Shown here: positions 10,060-20,722 of the stretch, piece after piece
Numbering within the stretch: the first letter of the stretch is position 1
How the letters are laid out: each line of letters opens with the position of its first letter
Origin: an uncultured Gemmatimonadales bacterium
GTDB lineage: Bacteria > Gemmatimonadota > Gemmatimonadetes > Longimicrobiales > Gaopeijiaceae
Direction: 5' to 3'
NCBI GenBank assembly: GCA_963809895.1
Contig: CAWELD010000003.1
Location: 1,472,001-1,536,000, forward strand
DNA length: 64,000 nt
The notes under the pieces: generated by a model
Databases searched by the model: none
The model's input: only the letters and a program-made list of their open reading frames with translations
What the model was told of the DNA's origin: nothing
Program-made: the position numbers and the translations under genes

Positions 10060-10319
10060 GCCGTTTTCGCCTGGAGATTCGCGTGACCCCCCGCCCCGGC
10101 ATCCTGGACCCCGAGGGCAAGGCCATCCACCACGCCCTGCACCAGCTCGGCTGGAGCGGCGTGGACGACGTGCGCGTAGGCAAGTCCATCCACCTGGAGA
10201 TCGGCGCGGCCTCCGCCGCCGAGGCCCGGGCCGAAGCCGAGGCCATGTGCCGCAAGCTGCTGGCCAACCCGGTGACCGAGGACTTCGAGGTCTACCAGGT
10301 GGAGGAGGCGGCCGTATGA
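10056..10319 (+). CDS. purS: FGAM synthase subunit PurS
   Basis: [14 protein letters not shown] and [14 protein letters not shown] motifs; GTG at 10056. Confidence 0.95.
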   Translation: MSRFRLEIRVTPRPGILDPEGKAIHHALHQLGWSGVDDVRVGKSIHLEIGAASAAEARAEAEAMCRKLLANPVTEDFEVYQVEEAAV

Positions 10320-11014
10320 AGGTCGCCGTGGTCACCTTTCCCGGCTCCAACTGCGACTACGACCTCTACAAGGCCGTGCAGCAGGTAGGGGGCGAGCCCG
10401 AGTTCCGCTGGCACCGCGAGCGCGGCCTCGAGGGCATGGACGCGGTGCTGCTCCCCGGGGGATTCAGCTACGGCGACTATCTCCGCGCGGGGGCCATCGC
10501 CCGCTTCAGCCCGATCATGGACGACGTGGTGGCCTTCGCCGAGGCCGGGGGCCCGGTGCTGGGCATCTGCAACGGGTTCCAGATCCTGTGCGAGGCCGGC
10601 CTGCTGCCCGGCGCGCTCATCCGCAACGCCTCGCTCCGCTTTCAGAGCGAGGACGTGCGCATCCGGGTGGAGCGCACCGACACGCTCTTCACCCGCGACT
10701 ACCAGCGCGGTCAGGTGCTGCGCATCCCCATCGCCCACGCCGAAGGCAACTACCGGGCCGACGACGAGACCCTGGCCATGCTGGAGGGCGAGGACCGCAT
10801 CCTGTTCCGCTACGTGGACCGCGACGGGCGCCCCGCGCCCGAGGCCAACCCCAACGGCTCGGCCCACAACATCGCTGGCCTGCTCAACGAAGCCGGCAAC
10901 GTCATGGGGATGATGCCTCACCCCGAGCGCGCCATGGAAGACATCCTGGGCTCCACCGACGGCCTGGGCGTCTTCACCTCGCTGGTGGCCAGCCTGGCCG
11001 CCGCCGCCGCCTGA
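10316..11014 (+). CDS. purQ: FGAM synthase glutaminase subunit
   Basis: [27 protein letters not shown] and MMPHPER motifs. Confidence 0.97.
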   Translation: MKVAVVTFPGSNCDYDLYKAVQQVGGEPEFRWHRERGLEGMDAVLLPGGFSYGDYLRAGAIARFSPIMDDVVAFAEAGGPVLGICNGFQILCEAGLLPGALIRNASLRFQSEDVRIRVERTDTLFTRDYQRGQVLRIPIAHAEGNYRADDETLAMLEGEDRILFRYVDRDGRPAPEANPNGSAHNIAGLLNEAGNVMGMMPHPERAMEDILGSTDGLGVFTSLVASLAAAAA

Positions 11015-11039
11015 CCCTCGAACGCCGACGACCCACGAC

Positions 11040-13368
11040 GTGAGCGCCGACACCACTACCGAGCGAAAGACGCTGACCCCCGCCGCCGTCCAGCCGCGTG
11101 ACGGAGATCCCGTGGTAACCCCCGAGGTCGTGGCCGATCACGGACTGTCGCCCGAGGAGTACGAGCGCGTCCGCGCCCTCATGGGCAGGGATCCCACCTT
11201 CACCGAGCTCGGGATCTTCAGTGCCATGTGGTCCGAGCACTGCGGTTACAAGAACTCCAAGCGGGTGCTGAGGCTGCTGCCCACGGAAGCGCCCTGGGTG
11301 ATCCAGGGTCCCGGCGAGAACGCCGGCGTCATCGACATCGGCGACGGCTACGCGCTGGCCTTCAAGATCGAGTCCCACAACCATCCCTCGGCGGTGGAGC
11401 CCTATCAGGGCGCGGCCACCGGGGTGGGCGGGATTCTGCGGGACATCTTCACCATGGGCGCCCGCCCCATCGCCGTGCTGGACTCGCTCCGTTTCGGCGA
11501 CCTGGACACGCCCCGGGTGCGCTACCTTTTCGGCGGCGTGGTGAAGGGGGTGGGCGACTACGGCAATTGCGTGGGGATTCCCAACATCGGCGGCGAGGTG
11601 CAGTTCGACCGGGGCTACGAAGGCAATCCCATCGTCAACGCCATGTGCCTGGGGCTCATGAAGAAGGAGGAGCTCATCACCGGCGTGGCCGAGGGGGTGG
11701 GCAACACCCTCATGGCCGTGGGCGCCCGTACCGGCCGCGACGGCATCCACGGGGCCACCTTCGCCTCGGAGGAGCTCAGTGAGGATTCCGACGAGGCCAG
11801 TCGCCCGCAGGTGCAGGTGGGGGATCCCTTCACGGAGAAGCTGCTGCTGGAGGCCAGCCTGGAGCTCATCGCCAGCGGCCACATCGTGGGCATCCAGGAC
11901 ATGGGGGCCGCCGGCATCACGTCGTCGGCCTCGGAGATGGCCGGCCGGGCCGGCAACGGCGTGGAGATCGACACGGCGAAGGTGCCGGTGCGCGAACCCG
12001 GCATGACGCCCTACGAGATCCTGCTGTCCGAATCGCAGGAGCGCATGCTGGTGGTGGCCACGGTGGGCCACGAAGCCGAGGTGCGCCGCATTCTGGAGAA
12101 GTGGGAGCTCGAGGCCGAGGTCATCGGCCGGGTCACCGACGACGGCATGTTCCGCGTGCTGGAGAACGGCGTGCACCGTGGCCGAGATCCCCGCGCTGCC
12201 CCTCACCGACGGCTGCCCCACCTACGAGCGCGAGGGCATCGAGGCGCTTGAGATCGCCGAGCTCCGCGACCGGGAGCTGCCCGAGGCCGAGATGCCCGGG
12301 CGTGACCTGTCCGAGGCGCTGGTGACGCTCATGGGCTCGCCCAACCTGGCGTCGCGCCGCTGGATCTACCGGCAGTACGACTCCACGGTGCGCACCGGCA
12401 CCGCGGTGCGGCCCGGCGGCGACGCCGGCGTGGTGCGCATCCGGGGGACTGAGCGGGCCGTGGCGGCCACCACCGACTGCAACGGCCGCTACGTCTACCT
12501 GGAGCCCCGCACCGGCGCCATGGCGGCAGTGGCCGAGGCCGCCCGCAACCTGGTGTGCGTGGGCGCGCTGCCCACGGCCATCACCAACAACCTCAATTTC
12601 GGCAACCCGCTCAAGCCGCACATCTACTACCAGTTCCGCGAGGCGGCGCTGGGCATGGCCGAGGCGTGCCGGCTCTTCGAGACCCCCGTGACCGGCGGCA
12701 ACGTGTCGTTCTACAACGAGACCGACGGCCGGGCCATCTATCCCACGCCGGTCATCGGCATGGTGGGCGTGGTGGACGACGTGGCCCACCTCATGGGGCA
12801 GGCCTTCCGCCGGCCCGGCGACGCCATCGTGCTGCTGGGCGACAACACCAACGAGTTGGGCGGCTCCGAATACCTGTACGTCTTCCACGACCTGGTGGCC
12901 GGCCGGCCGCCTTCGGTGGACCTCATGGCCGAGCGCAGCCTGCAACAGGCCGTGCTGGCGCTCATCCAGAAGGACATGGTGGCGTCGGCACACGACTGCG
13001 CCGAGGGCGGCCTGGCGGTGGCGCTGGTGGAGAGCGCGCTGGGCGACGGCGAGCATCCACTGGGGCTGGACGTGACGCTGGAAGACGCCCTGCCCGCCGT
13101 GCCCCTGCTCTTCGGTGAGGCCCAGGGTCGCGTGGTGGTGTCCTGCGCCCCGGACCGGGTCGACGACGTGCTGGAAACGGCGCTGCGATACGGGGTGCCC
13201 GCCCGCCACGTCGGCACCGTGAAGAAGGCCGCCGAGGGAGTGCGCATCGCCGGCGGCGGCCACGAGGTGCGGGCCGAGGTGGCAGCGCTGCTGGCGGCGT
13301 GGCGCGACGGACTGCCGGCGCGCATGGACGCCGGCGCGGATGCGGGCGGCGCCGGAGGAGCGGGCTGA
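11040..13368 (+). CDS. purL: FGAM synthase subunit PurL (apparent +1 indel near 12173)
   Basis: [18 protein letters not shown] and QDMGAAG in ORF 11040-12251; [14 protein letters not shown] and GGNVSFYN in ORF 12178-13368. Removing one base in GTGCACCGTG joins them. Confidence 0.93.
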
Positions 13369-14756
13369 TGTGCGGCGTCGTGGGGATCACGGGCATTCCC
13401 GACGCCGCCGAGCTGGCGTTCCTGGGACTGTACGCGCTCCAGCACAGGGGCCAGGAGTCGGCGGGCATCGTGGCCGTGGACGAGCGGGGCGACGCTCGGG
13501 CCCACAAGGGTCTCGGGCTGGTGGCCGACGTCTTCGGCGCCGAGCAGCTCAAGGCGCTGCCCGGCAGCACCGCCATCGGGCACGTGCGCTACTCCACGGC
13601 CGGTGGGGGCGGCGCGCGCAACGCCCAGCCCATCATGGTGCGCTACGCCGAGGGCGACCTGGCCATCGCCCACAACGGCAACCTCACCAACGCCCACGAC
13701 CTGCGCTCCTGGCTGGTGCGCGAGGGCTCCATCTTCCAGTCCACGTCGGACTCGGAGGTCATCGTGCACCTGGTGGCGCGCTCCCGGCACGAGACCGTGG
13801 AGGCGCAGATCGACGATGCGCTGCTCCACCTCGAGGGCGCCTTCAGCCTGGTCATGTCGGTGGGCGAGACGCTCTATGCCGCCCGGGATCCCCGGGGATT
13901 CCGGCCCCTGGTGCTGGGCCGCAAGGGCGAGGGCCACGTGGTGGCCAGCGAGACCTGCGCCCTGGACATCCTGGGCGCCGAGTACGTGCGCGACATCGAG
14001 CCCGGTGAGGTGCTCCGCATCCGGGGACCCCGGGTGGAGCGACTGCGCTCGCTGCCGCCCGCCGATCAGCCGGCGCCATGCATTTTCGAGCTGGTCTACT
14101 TCGCCCGCCCCGACTCGCGCCTGTGGGGAGTGAGCGTGGACCGGGCCCGGCGGGCCTTCGGGCGCCAGCTCGCCCGGGAGCACGCGGTGGAGGCCGACTG
14201 CGTCATCGCCGTGCCCGACTCGGCCAACTCGGCGGCGCTGGGCTTCGCCGAAGAGAGCGGGATCCCCTTCGAGCTCGGGCTGCTCCGCAACCACTACGTG
14301 GGCCGCACCTTCATCAAGCCCAGCCAGGCCGACCGTGACTTCGGGGCCCGCATGAAGTACAACCCGGTGAAGGAAGTGCTGGAAGGCAACCGGGTCGTGG
14401 TGGTGGACGACTCGCTGGTGCGGGGCACCACGTCGCGCAGCCTGGTCAAGTTCCTGCGCGACGCAGGCGCCACCGCGGTGCACTTCCGCATCGCCTCGCC
14501 TCCCGTGCGCTTTCCCTGCTTCTACGGCATCGACATGCCGAGCAAGGAAGAGCTCATCGGCTCCCAGATGAGCGTGGACGAGATCCGCGCCGAGCTGGGC
14601 GTGGACTCGCTGGGCTACCTGTCGCTGGAGGGCATGGAGGGCGCCGTGGAGGAGCGCGGTCCCTTCTGCAACGCCTGTTTCTCGGGCAACTACCGGGCCC
14701 CGCTGGTAGACGTCGAGAAGGGCTACGTGCCCGGCAACGCCCCGGTGGGCTGCTGA
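13368..14756 (+). CDS. purF: Amidophosphoribosyltransferase
   Basis: MCGVVG N-terminus, LQHRGQESAG, HVRYST and VDDSLVRGTT motifs, plus Fe-S cysteines (CIFE, PCFYG, CNAC). Confidence 0.97.
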   Translation: MCGVVGITGIPDAAELAFLGLYALQHRGQESAGIVAVDERGDARAHKGLGLVADVFGAEQLKALPGSTAIGHVRYSTAGGGGARNAQPIMVRYAEGDLAIAHNGNLTNAHDLRSWLVREGSIFQSTSDSEVIVHLVARSRHETVEAQIDDALLHLEGAFSLVMSVGETLYAARDPRGFRPLVLGRKGEGHVVASETCALDILGAEYVRDIEPGEVLRIRGPRVERLRSLPPADQPAPCIFELVYFARPDSRLWGVSVDRARRAFGRQLAREHAVEADCVIAVPDSANSAALGFAEESGIPFELGLLRNHYVGRTFIKPSQADRDFGARMKYNPVKEVLEGNRVVVVDDSLVRGTTSRSLVKFLRDAGATAVHFRIASPPVRFPCFYGIDMPSKEELIGSQMSVDEIRAELGVDSLGYLSLEGMEGAVEERGPFCNACFSGNYRAPLVDVEKGYVPGNAPVGC

Positions 14757-14772
14757 GGAGCGGGAAGCGATC

Positions 14773-15774
14773 GTGGCAGAGGTCACCCGCGAGCGCGTGA
14801 GGGCGCTCCCCAAAGCCGAGCTGCACGTGCACCTGGACGGCAGCCTGCGCCCCGGCACCATGCTGGAGTTGGCGGACCCGGCCGGTGTGGTTCTGCCGGC
14901 CGACACTCCCGAGGGGCTGGCCGCGGCGCTCCGGGCCGACGAGGCCACCAGTCTGGTGGACTACCTGAAGGTCTTCGAGCTCACGCTGTCGGTGCTCCAG
15001 ACGGCCGATGCCCTGGAAAGGGTGGCCTACGAGCTGGTCGAGGACCACGCCGCCGAGGGCGTCACGGTGGTGGAGGTGCGCTTCAGCCCGGTCCTGAACG
15101 TGAAGGCCGGCCTCAGCCTGGACGCCGTCCTGGAGGCCGTGACCGCCGGGCTGGAGCGGGGGCGCCGCGATTTCGAGATCCTGCCGTCGGTCATCGTGTG
15201 CGCCCTCCGGCACCTGGACCCGGCCGTCTCCATCCGCCTGGCCGAGCTGGCGATCCGTTGGCGGGAGCGGGGCGTGGTGGCGCTGGACCTGGCCGCCGGT
15301 GAGGCCGGCAATCCGGCCCGCAGCCACTCGGCGGCCTTTCGCCTGGCCACCAAGGGCGGCCTGGGCCGCACCGTGCACGCCGGCGAGGCCTGGGGACCGG
15401 ACTCCATCCGTCAGGCGTTGGTGGACGGCTGGGCCGAGCGCATCGGCCACGGCACCCGCCTCTACGAGGATCCCGAGCTGGAGGCCTACATCCGGGACCA
15501 CCGCATCCCCCTGGAGGTGTGCCTCACCAGCAACGTCCAGACCGGCGCGGCCCCCAGCCTGGCCGAGCACCCCGCCCGTCGCTACTTCGACCTGGACATC
15601 CCCCTCACCTTCTGCACCGACAACCGCCTCGTGTCGGGCACCACCGTGACCGACGAATACATGAAAGCCCACGAGCACCTGGGCTTCACCTGGGACGAGC
15701 TGGTGAAGGTGGCGCGCATGGGCTTCGAGTCGGCGTTTCTGCCGTGGGACGTGAAGAGGGAGTTGGTGGGTTAG
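14773..15774 (+). CDS. add: Adenosine deaminase
   Basis: PKAELHVHLDGS, HAGE, RIGHG, EVCLTSN and CTDN motifs. Confidence 0.93.
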   Translation: MAEVTRERVRALPKAELHVHLDGSLRPGTMLELADPAGVVLPADTPEGLAAALRADEATSLVDYLKVFELTLSVLQTADALERVAYELVEDHAAEGVTVVEVRFSPVLNVKAGLSLDAVLEAVTAGLERGRRDFEILPSVIVCALRHLDPAVSIRLAELAIRWRERGVVALDLAAGEAGNPARSHSAAFRLATKGGLGRTVHAGEAWGPDSIRQALVDGWAERIGHGTRLYEDPELEAYIRDHRIPLEVCLTSNVQTGAAPSLAEHPARRYFDLDIPLTFCTDNRLVSGTTVTDEYMKAHEHLGFTWDELVKVARMGFESAFLPWDVKRELVG

Positions 15775-15786
15775 CACGGCCCCCCC

Positions 15787-15814
15787 TTGCCGTTCCGCGA
15801 TCTCGGCGTAAGCT
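15787..15814 (+). promoter_or_regulatory. Possible promoter of the BTAD/STAND gene
   Basis: TTGCCG-N16-TAAGCT in the add-BTAD gap. Confidence 0.35.
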
Positions 15815-15859
15815 ACGCGACGGAGGTAACCCGCCAGCCCTCCGCACAAACGAGGTCGC

Positions 15860-18800
15860 ATGTCGTCCCACAGGTTCCGGTTTTCCCTGCTCGGGATGCC
15901 GCGGGTGGTCGGAGTCACCGACGGTGAGTCCGTCGAGCTCCCCCTCGGCAAACCCCTCGCTGCCCTTGCGTACGTAACCCTCGCGGAAGGCCCGGTCACT
16001 CGCGAGGATCTGGCCAATCTCCTGTGGCCATCCAGTCCCCTGGATCGCGGGCGGGCGTCCGTGCGCCAGGCGATCTGGCTGCTGCGCAAGCAGATCCATC
16101 CCGACGTGCTCATCGACACCGAGGGCCGCCTGGCGGTCGCGCCTGGAGTGCTGACGCACGATCTCGTCGAGCTGGGAGAGCTCATCAGCCGTGGTAAGCT
16201 CGATGCGGCGTGGTCTCTATGGAATGGCGGGCCCCTGCGCGGCCTCGCCGTCTCCGACGCTCCCGCGTGGGAGACGTGGGCGGACGAGCTCCGTACGCGC
16301 TGGGAGCGCCGCTTCGGTGAAGCCCTTGAAACGGCCGCCGCGGGCCTGCCCCCGGAGGAGCGACTCACCTGGTTGGACCGGGCCCTGGAGGTGCGGCCCT
16401 TTCGCCAGACCGTCCATACCTCGCGCGTGCGCACCCTCATCGAGCTGAGGCGCGAGGAAGCTGCGGAGGAGGCCCTGCACAGACTCCGCTCGGTGGTGGA
16501 CGAGCCTGATCCGGAGCTCGTGCGCGAGTTGGAAGAGGCCCTCAGGGGCCTCAAGCGACATATCGTCGACGCGGCCACCGACCGCCTGGTCCCCGAATTC
16601 GTGGGCCGGTCCGAGGAATTGGCCGAGCTGGGCACCCTCTGGCAGTCGGTGCTCTCTGCTCGACCCCGGATGGTCGCCATCATGGGGCCGGCGGGAATCG
16701 GTAAGTCCCGCCTCGCCGCCGAACTCTTGCGACGTGCCAGTCTCGATGGAGCCGTGGTGGCCGACGCTGCGGGTCTGGACGTGGAACGGGCCCTCGAGCT
16801 CGGCGTCCTGGCCACGCTGGTCCGTGATCTCCTGACCCTCCCCGGGGCGGCTGGGATCAGTGCCGGCTCGATCGAGGCTCTCCACACGCTCCTGCCGTCG
16901 GAACGGCGACAGGGGACCCCACTCCACCCTGCGACGCCAGCGGCGCTCTCGGACGCGCTATTGGACCTTCTGGAGGCCGTCTCGCACGAGGCCCCGCTCG
17001 TGCTCCTGGTGGAGGATGTCCATTGGGTCGACCCCGCCTCCCGCACGCTGCTGCTCAGGGCCCTCCGGACCCTTCGAGGCGCGCGGGTCCTGATCGTGTG
17101 GACCTGCCGTACGGAGGAAGGTGATGCCTCCACGCTCCACACCATCGAGGGCCTGGAGCGCACGCATCGGGCTGCTGTTCTTCACCTCTCACCGCTCTCG
17201 TTGGCCGAGGTGCGTGAGATGGTCACCCTCATGGTGGACAGCTCTTCGGCGGACAGCATCGAGCGGCTCGCACGGGCGCTCCACGACACGTCGAACGGCA
17301 ACCCGCTCCACGCCGTTGAATTGCTGCAGGGCCTCAGGGAGGAGGGGGTCTTCGTTCAAGAGCCCGGCCATGGGTGGCTGCTGGTCGAGGAACGGATACC
17401 GGCAGCGCTGCAGCTGCCTCCGTCGGTGCGCCAGGCGCTGGAGAGGCGACTGGCGCACCTGTCACCCGAAGCGTTCACTCTCGCCCGCGAGTTGGCCAGC
17501 CACGACCGGCCTCAGGCGCCAAGGACGCTCATGGCGTCCTCAGAGCTGTCTCCGGCGCGCGAGGCAGACGCGCTCCACGAACTGCTACAACGCAATGTCG
17601 TCCACTGGACGCGAGACGATCGGCTGGACTTCGCGCACTCGGCGATCCGCGAGGCGGTGGGACCGCCGGCGTCGGTCACGAGCCCCAAGCGGCGATGGTT
17701 GGCCTACGCCCTCGCGACCGCTGCGGTGCTCGTCATTGCCTTGGTGACCCAGGCCAACCACAAGAGCGACGCCCCCCCGCCCTTCGGCGGTGGGACGATA
17801 TGGGTCGTCTCGGGCCGCACGTTGCACGGGTACCAGGTGTCACCAGGGACGCCGGTGTCTCTGCACGAGTTGGATTCGATCTCGCTGCCGGCTGGCTTCC
17901 AGGGCGGACACGCACCCCGACAGGGCCCGGACGGAAGCCGATGGGTCCCTGGCTACACAGATCTCGATCCGGTAGAAGCTCCAGACGCCGCGATTCTGCG
18001 GAACGGCCGCATACGCAAGGTCTTCTCTTCTGACGGCGACGACGCAGTGCGGGCATTCGAGCCGAATCTACAGGCGGCCGTGCTCTCGGTGCAGGCCCCA
18101 GACACCGGCCGGTATCACCAGACCGTGGCGCGCCTGAACCTTCGCACGGGCGAGGTCACCACCATCGCCACCGCCGAGCCGAGCATAACTGCGTCGGAGT
18201 GGGCTTGGGATGGTTCTCTGATTCTCGCGAAGATCGACGCCGCCTGGGACACGCTCGTGGTCCTCCGGCCCGACGGACGACGTATCGCCTCCAAAGCGTC
18301 TCTGGACCCGGACATCTCGACCCCGACGCTGTGCGCGTCGCGTGGCGTCCTGGCAGCATCTCTGCCGCGCGGAGGTCTGAGCCACTCCTGGTACTGGAAC
18401 CTGGCCACCGATGAGGTCGTGAACGTGCGGTCTCCGACGGCGATGAAGGGCACGATGGTGTGCTCTCCCGACGGCTCGGCCGTGGCCTACCTCGTGGATG
18501 GACCTGACGGAGACCAACTGGAGATCAAGGAGTTGCAGGGAGCCATCGTGACGACCCTGGACCTTCCGTTCCCGGCCATGCGCGTGCTCTGGAGCCCTGA
18601 TCCGGCACCGGCACCGGCACGGGTCGTCGTGCAAACGACGGACACGGTGCTGGCGCGCGGTGCGCGCACCCGAATTGCAGCGCGAGTGCTGGACGCGGAC
18701 GGGCGCGACATGGATCTGCCCGTGGAATGGAGCTCCAATGATCCGGCCATTGCATCGGTGGCGGGGGAAGGCCAGATCTGGGCCAACCGCGCCGGCACGA

Positions 18801-19582
18801 CCGTGCTGCGGGGCGCGGTCTATGGGTGGATCCGGGACTCGGTGCGAATCAGGGTCACCGACAATGGAACCTCGCGCTCGATCCTCCTCTCGGACTCTTT
18901 CCCGACGCTGGACGAGTCACGCTGGCAGATCCTGGGCTATCCAGCCCCTCAGGTAGTCACCGACGAGACCGACCGCCCCGCCCTGGACATGCGCGGTGAT
19001 GGACGCTCCGCCGACGGCATCGTCTCGATGCGGGACTTCGCCCTCGGGCAAGGCGCGACCCTGGAAGCCAACTTTCGCCTGCCCCTTTATCGCGTGGACC
19101 GCGAGTCCATCGCCGTCTGTTTGTTGCAGGCCGAACCGGGCTCGCAACCCGAGATCTTCGGTACCTGGGAGCGCACGGAGCAGTGGTGCGCGGGGTGGCC
19201 CGCCAGGGAACTGGCCGACTTCGATCCCGATCTGGTGATGCTGCACGAGTTCGGCACCGACTTGGGTCCGGTCGATGCCGGAGCCTTCCTGAATCAGGAC
19301 GACTGGAATCGCTTCGCGCTGCAGATGCGGCCCGACGGGCGCGTGAGCCTGTTCGTGAACGACCGCTTTCTGGTGTCCCACCCGGTGCGGGCCGACAATT
19401 CAGCCGACACCCGCTGGCGGGTGCTCATCGTGGACCGCGCCGCCGACACGCGCCTCTTCCTGCGCGACGTGACCCTGTGGAACGAGGCGCGTTATCCGGT
19501 CCCGGACGTGGGGATCGCGCCGGAGGCAGCTCCGCACGCCGACGACGACGGTCAGCCAGGGGGAGAACCGCGGCAGCCCTGA
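15860..19582 (+). CDS. Membrane-anchored SARP/BTAD + STAND (AAA) ATPase regulator with extracytoplasmic beta-propeller-like, Ig-like and LamG-like domains
   Basis: N-terminal wHTH/BTAD (REDLANLLWP...SVRQAIWLLRK; LWNGGPL), FVGRSEEL, Walker A GPAGIGKS, Walker B LLVEDVHW, GNPLHAVELL, TM WLAYALATAAVLVIALV, TolB-like repeats (WAWDGS, CSPDGSAVAY), Big_2-like VEWSSNDPAIASV, and C-terminal WNRFALQMRPDGRVSLFVND. Confidence 0.8.
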   Translation: MSSHRFRFSLLGMPRVVGVTDGESVELPLGKPLAALAYVTLAEGPVTREDLANLLWPSSPLDRGRASVRQAIWLLRKQIHPDVLIDTEGRLAVAPGVLTHDLVELGELISRGKLDAAWSLWNGGPLRGLAVSDAPAWETWADELRTRWERRFGEALETAAAGLPPEERLTWLDRALEVRPFRQTVHTSRVRTLIELRREEAAEEALHRLRSVVDEPDPELVRELEEALRGLKRHIVDAATDRLVPEFVGRSEELAELGTLWQSVLSARPRMVAIMGPAGIGKSRLAAELLRRASLDGAVVADAAGLDVERALELGVLATLVRDLLTLPGAAGISAGSIEALHTLLPSERRQGTPLHPATPAALSDALLDLLEAVSHEAPLVLLVEDVHWVDPASRTLLLRALRTLRGARVLIVWTCRTEEGDASTLHTIEGLERTHRAAVLHLSPLSLAEVREMVTLMVDSSSADSIERLARALHDTSNGNPLHAVELLQGLREEGVFVQEPGHGWLLVEERIPAALQLPPSVRQALERRLAHLSPEAFTLARELASHDRPQAPRTLMASSELSPAREADALHELLQRNVVHWTRDDRLDFAHSAIREAVGPPASVTSPKRRWLAYALATAAVLVIALVTQANHKSDAPPPFGGGTIWVVSGRTLHGYQVSPGTPVSLHELDSISLPAGFQGGHAPRQGPDGSRWVPGYTDLDPVEAPDAAILRNGRIRKVFSSDGDDAVRAFEPNLQAAVLSVQAPDTGRYHQTVARLNLRTGEVTTIATAEPSITASEWAWDGSLILAKIDAAWDTLVVLRPDGRRIASKASLDPDISTPTLCASRGVLAASLPRGGLSHSWYWNLATDEVVNVRSPTAMKGTMVCSPDGSAVAYLVDGPDGDQLEIKELQGAIVTTLDLPFPAMRVLWSPDPAPAPARVVVQTTDTVLARGARTRIAARVLDADGRDMDLPVEWSSNDPAIASVAGEGQIWANRAGTTVLRGAVYGWIRDSVRIRVTDNGTSRSILLSDSFPTLDESRWQILGYPAPQVVTDETDRPALDMRGDGRSADGIVSMRDFALGQGATLEANFRLPLYRVDRESIAVCLLQAEPGSQPEIFGTWERTEQWCAGWPARELADFDPDLVMLHEFGTDLGPVDAGAFLNQDDWNRFALQMRPDGRVSLFVNDRFLVSHPVRADNSADTRWRVLIVDRAADTRLFLRDVTLWNEARYPVPDVGIAPEAAPHADDDGQPGGEPRQP

Positions 19583-19593
19583 CCAAGCCCCCC

Positions 19594-20601
19594 CTAGAAC
19601 GCCTCCGACCCCACCTGACAGGGCAACCTGGGATCGTCGGTGGTGCGCACCGCCCAGCGGCCGTCCACGGCCACGCGCAGGGTGATGTCGCCGTGCTGTG
19701 GGGTGCAGAAGAGCTCCACGCCCACATGTGCCTCGAGAAGGGCCAGGGTGCTGCCGTGGGGATGCGTGGTGCCGTTGGCGCTGATGAGAGCGGCTTCGGG
19801 CGTCACCTGGGCGAGCCAGCCCTCGCTGGTAGCGTCGGAGGAGCCGTGGTGGCCCACCTTGAGGACGTCCACATCGACCAACGCCGGATACTGGTTTCCG
19901 AAGCGGGCGTTGGCCTCCATCTCGGCGTCGCCGGTGCTCAGCAGGCTGAAGGAGCCCAGATCCAGCCGCACCGCCAGCGAGCCGTCGTTCAGCTCCTGAC
20001 CGTCGTCGGTGTCGTTGGCCAGGTACGTCGTGAGCGGCGGTAGCACCGTCACCTCGACCCCGCCCACCGGTCCCGCATCGAGCACGCTGCTCACCAACTC
20101 CACGTCCAGCGCCCGGTCGGCGTCGGACAGGAATCGCTGCCAGGTCACGTTGGTGCGGGTCTGGCCGTTGTAGAGGAGCCGGCGCACCACGATCCCGCTC
20201 TCCAGGATCGGGATGGCGCCCCCGAAGTGATCGTAGTGGGCGTGGGTCACCACCAGGAGGTCCAGGGTGTCGACCCCGGCCGCTTCGAGCGCCTGGAGCG
20301 CCCTCGGTCCGTCGCCGGCGTCCACCAGGCCGTACCACGGCCACACCCCTGACGAATCGGCCACCAGGAGCGCATCGCCCCCACCCCCCTCGGCGTCGGG
20401 ACCCAGGTCCAGCAGGGTCAGCGTGAGCACGGCGTCGGACACCGTGCGCTCCGTCGAAGGCGGCGTGTCGCGCAAGGTGTCCGGGCCCACCGGCGTGGTG
20501 TCGTCGCTGGACGCGCACGCCGTGGCGATGAGCGTCGTAGCCAAGGCCATGGCCACGAGGGCGGCGCGTCTCGGGAGCCGGGTCGGGAGCTGTCGTCTCA
20601 T
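19594..20601 (-). CDS. ComEC-type metallo-beta-lactamase-fold hydrolase, lipoprotein
   Basis: Lipobox ATAC; GDALLV, THAHYDHFGG, LNDGSL, TGDAE, LKVGHHGS and HPH motifs. No competence membrane domain. Confidence 0.85.
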   Translation of the reverse strand: MRRQLPTRLPRRAALVAMALATTLIATACASSDDTTPVGPDTLRDTPPSTERTVSDAVLTLTLLDLGPDAEGGGGDALLVADSSGVWPWYGLVDAGDGPRALQALEAAGVDTLDLLVVTHAHYDHFGGAIPILESGIVVRRLLYNGQTRTNVTWQRFLSDADRALDVELVSSVLDAGPVGGVEVTVLPPLTTYLANDTDDGQELNDGSLAVRLDLGSFSLLSTGDAEMEANARFGNQYPALVDVDVLKVGHHGSSDATSEGWLAQVTPEAALISANGTTHPHGSTLALLEAHVGVELFCTPQHGDITLRVAVDGRWAVRTTDDPRLPCQVGSEAF

Positions 20602-20658
20602 ACCGGGACGCTCGCCAAAGCCACCGGGCGGATCAAGGGCTCGTGGGGACACCCGGAA

Positions 20659-20710
20659 ACGGCGAAGCCCCCGCCCCGCACGAGGCGGGACGGGGGCCAG
20701 ACTTCGCCGT
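20659..20710 (-). terminator. GC-rich hairpin after the TBDT gene, probable terminator
   Basis: 13-bp stem 20667-20697 with one G.U pair on the minus strand, outer arms ACGGCGAAG/CTTCGCCGT, followed by a short U run. Confidence 0.65.
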
Positions 20711-20722
20711 CAGGCGACGGGC

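Noticed and set aside
8040..12190. purB and purL as pseudogenes or programmed frameshifts
   Set aside because: Each is repaired by removing one base, no slippery site was seen, the rest of the pathway genes here are intact, and similar indels recur in unrelated genes.
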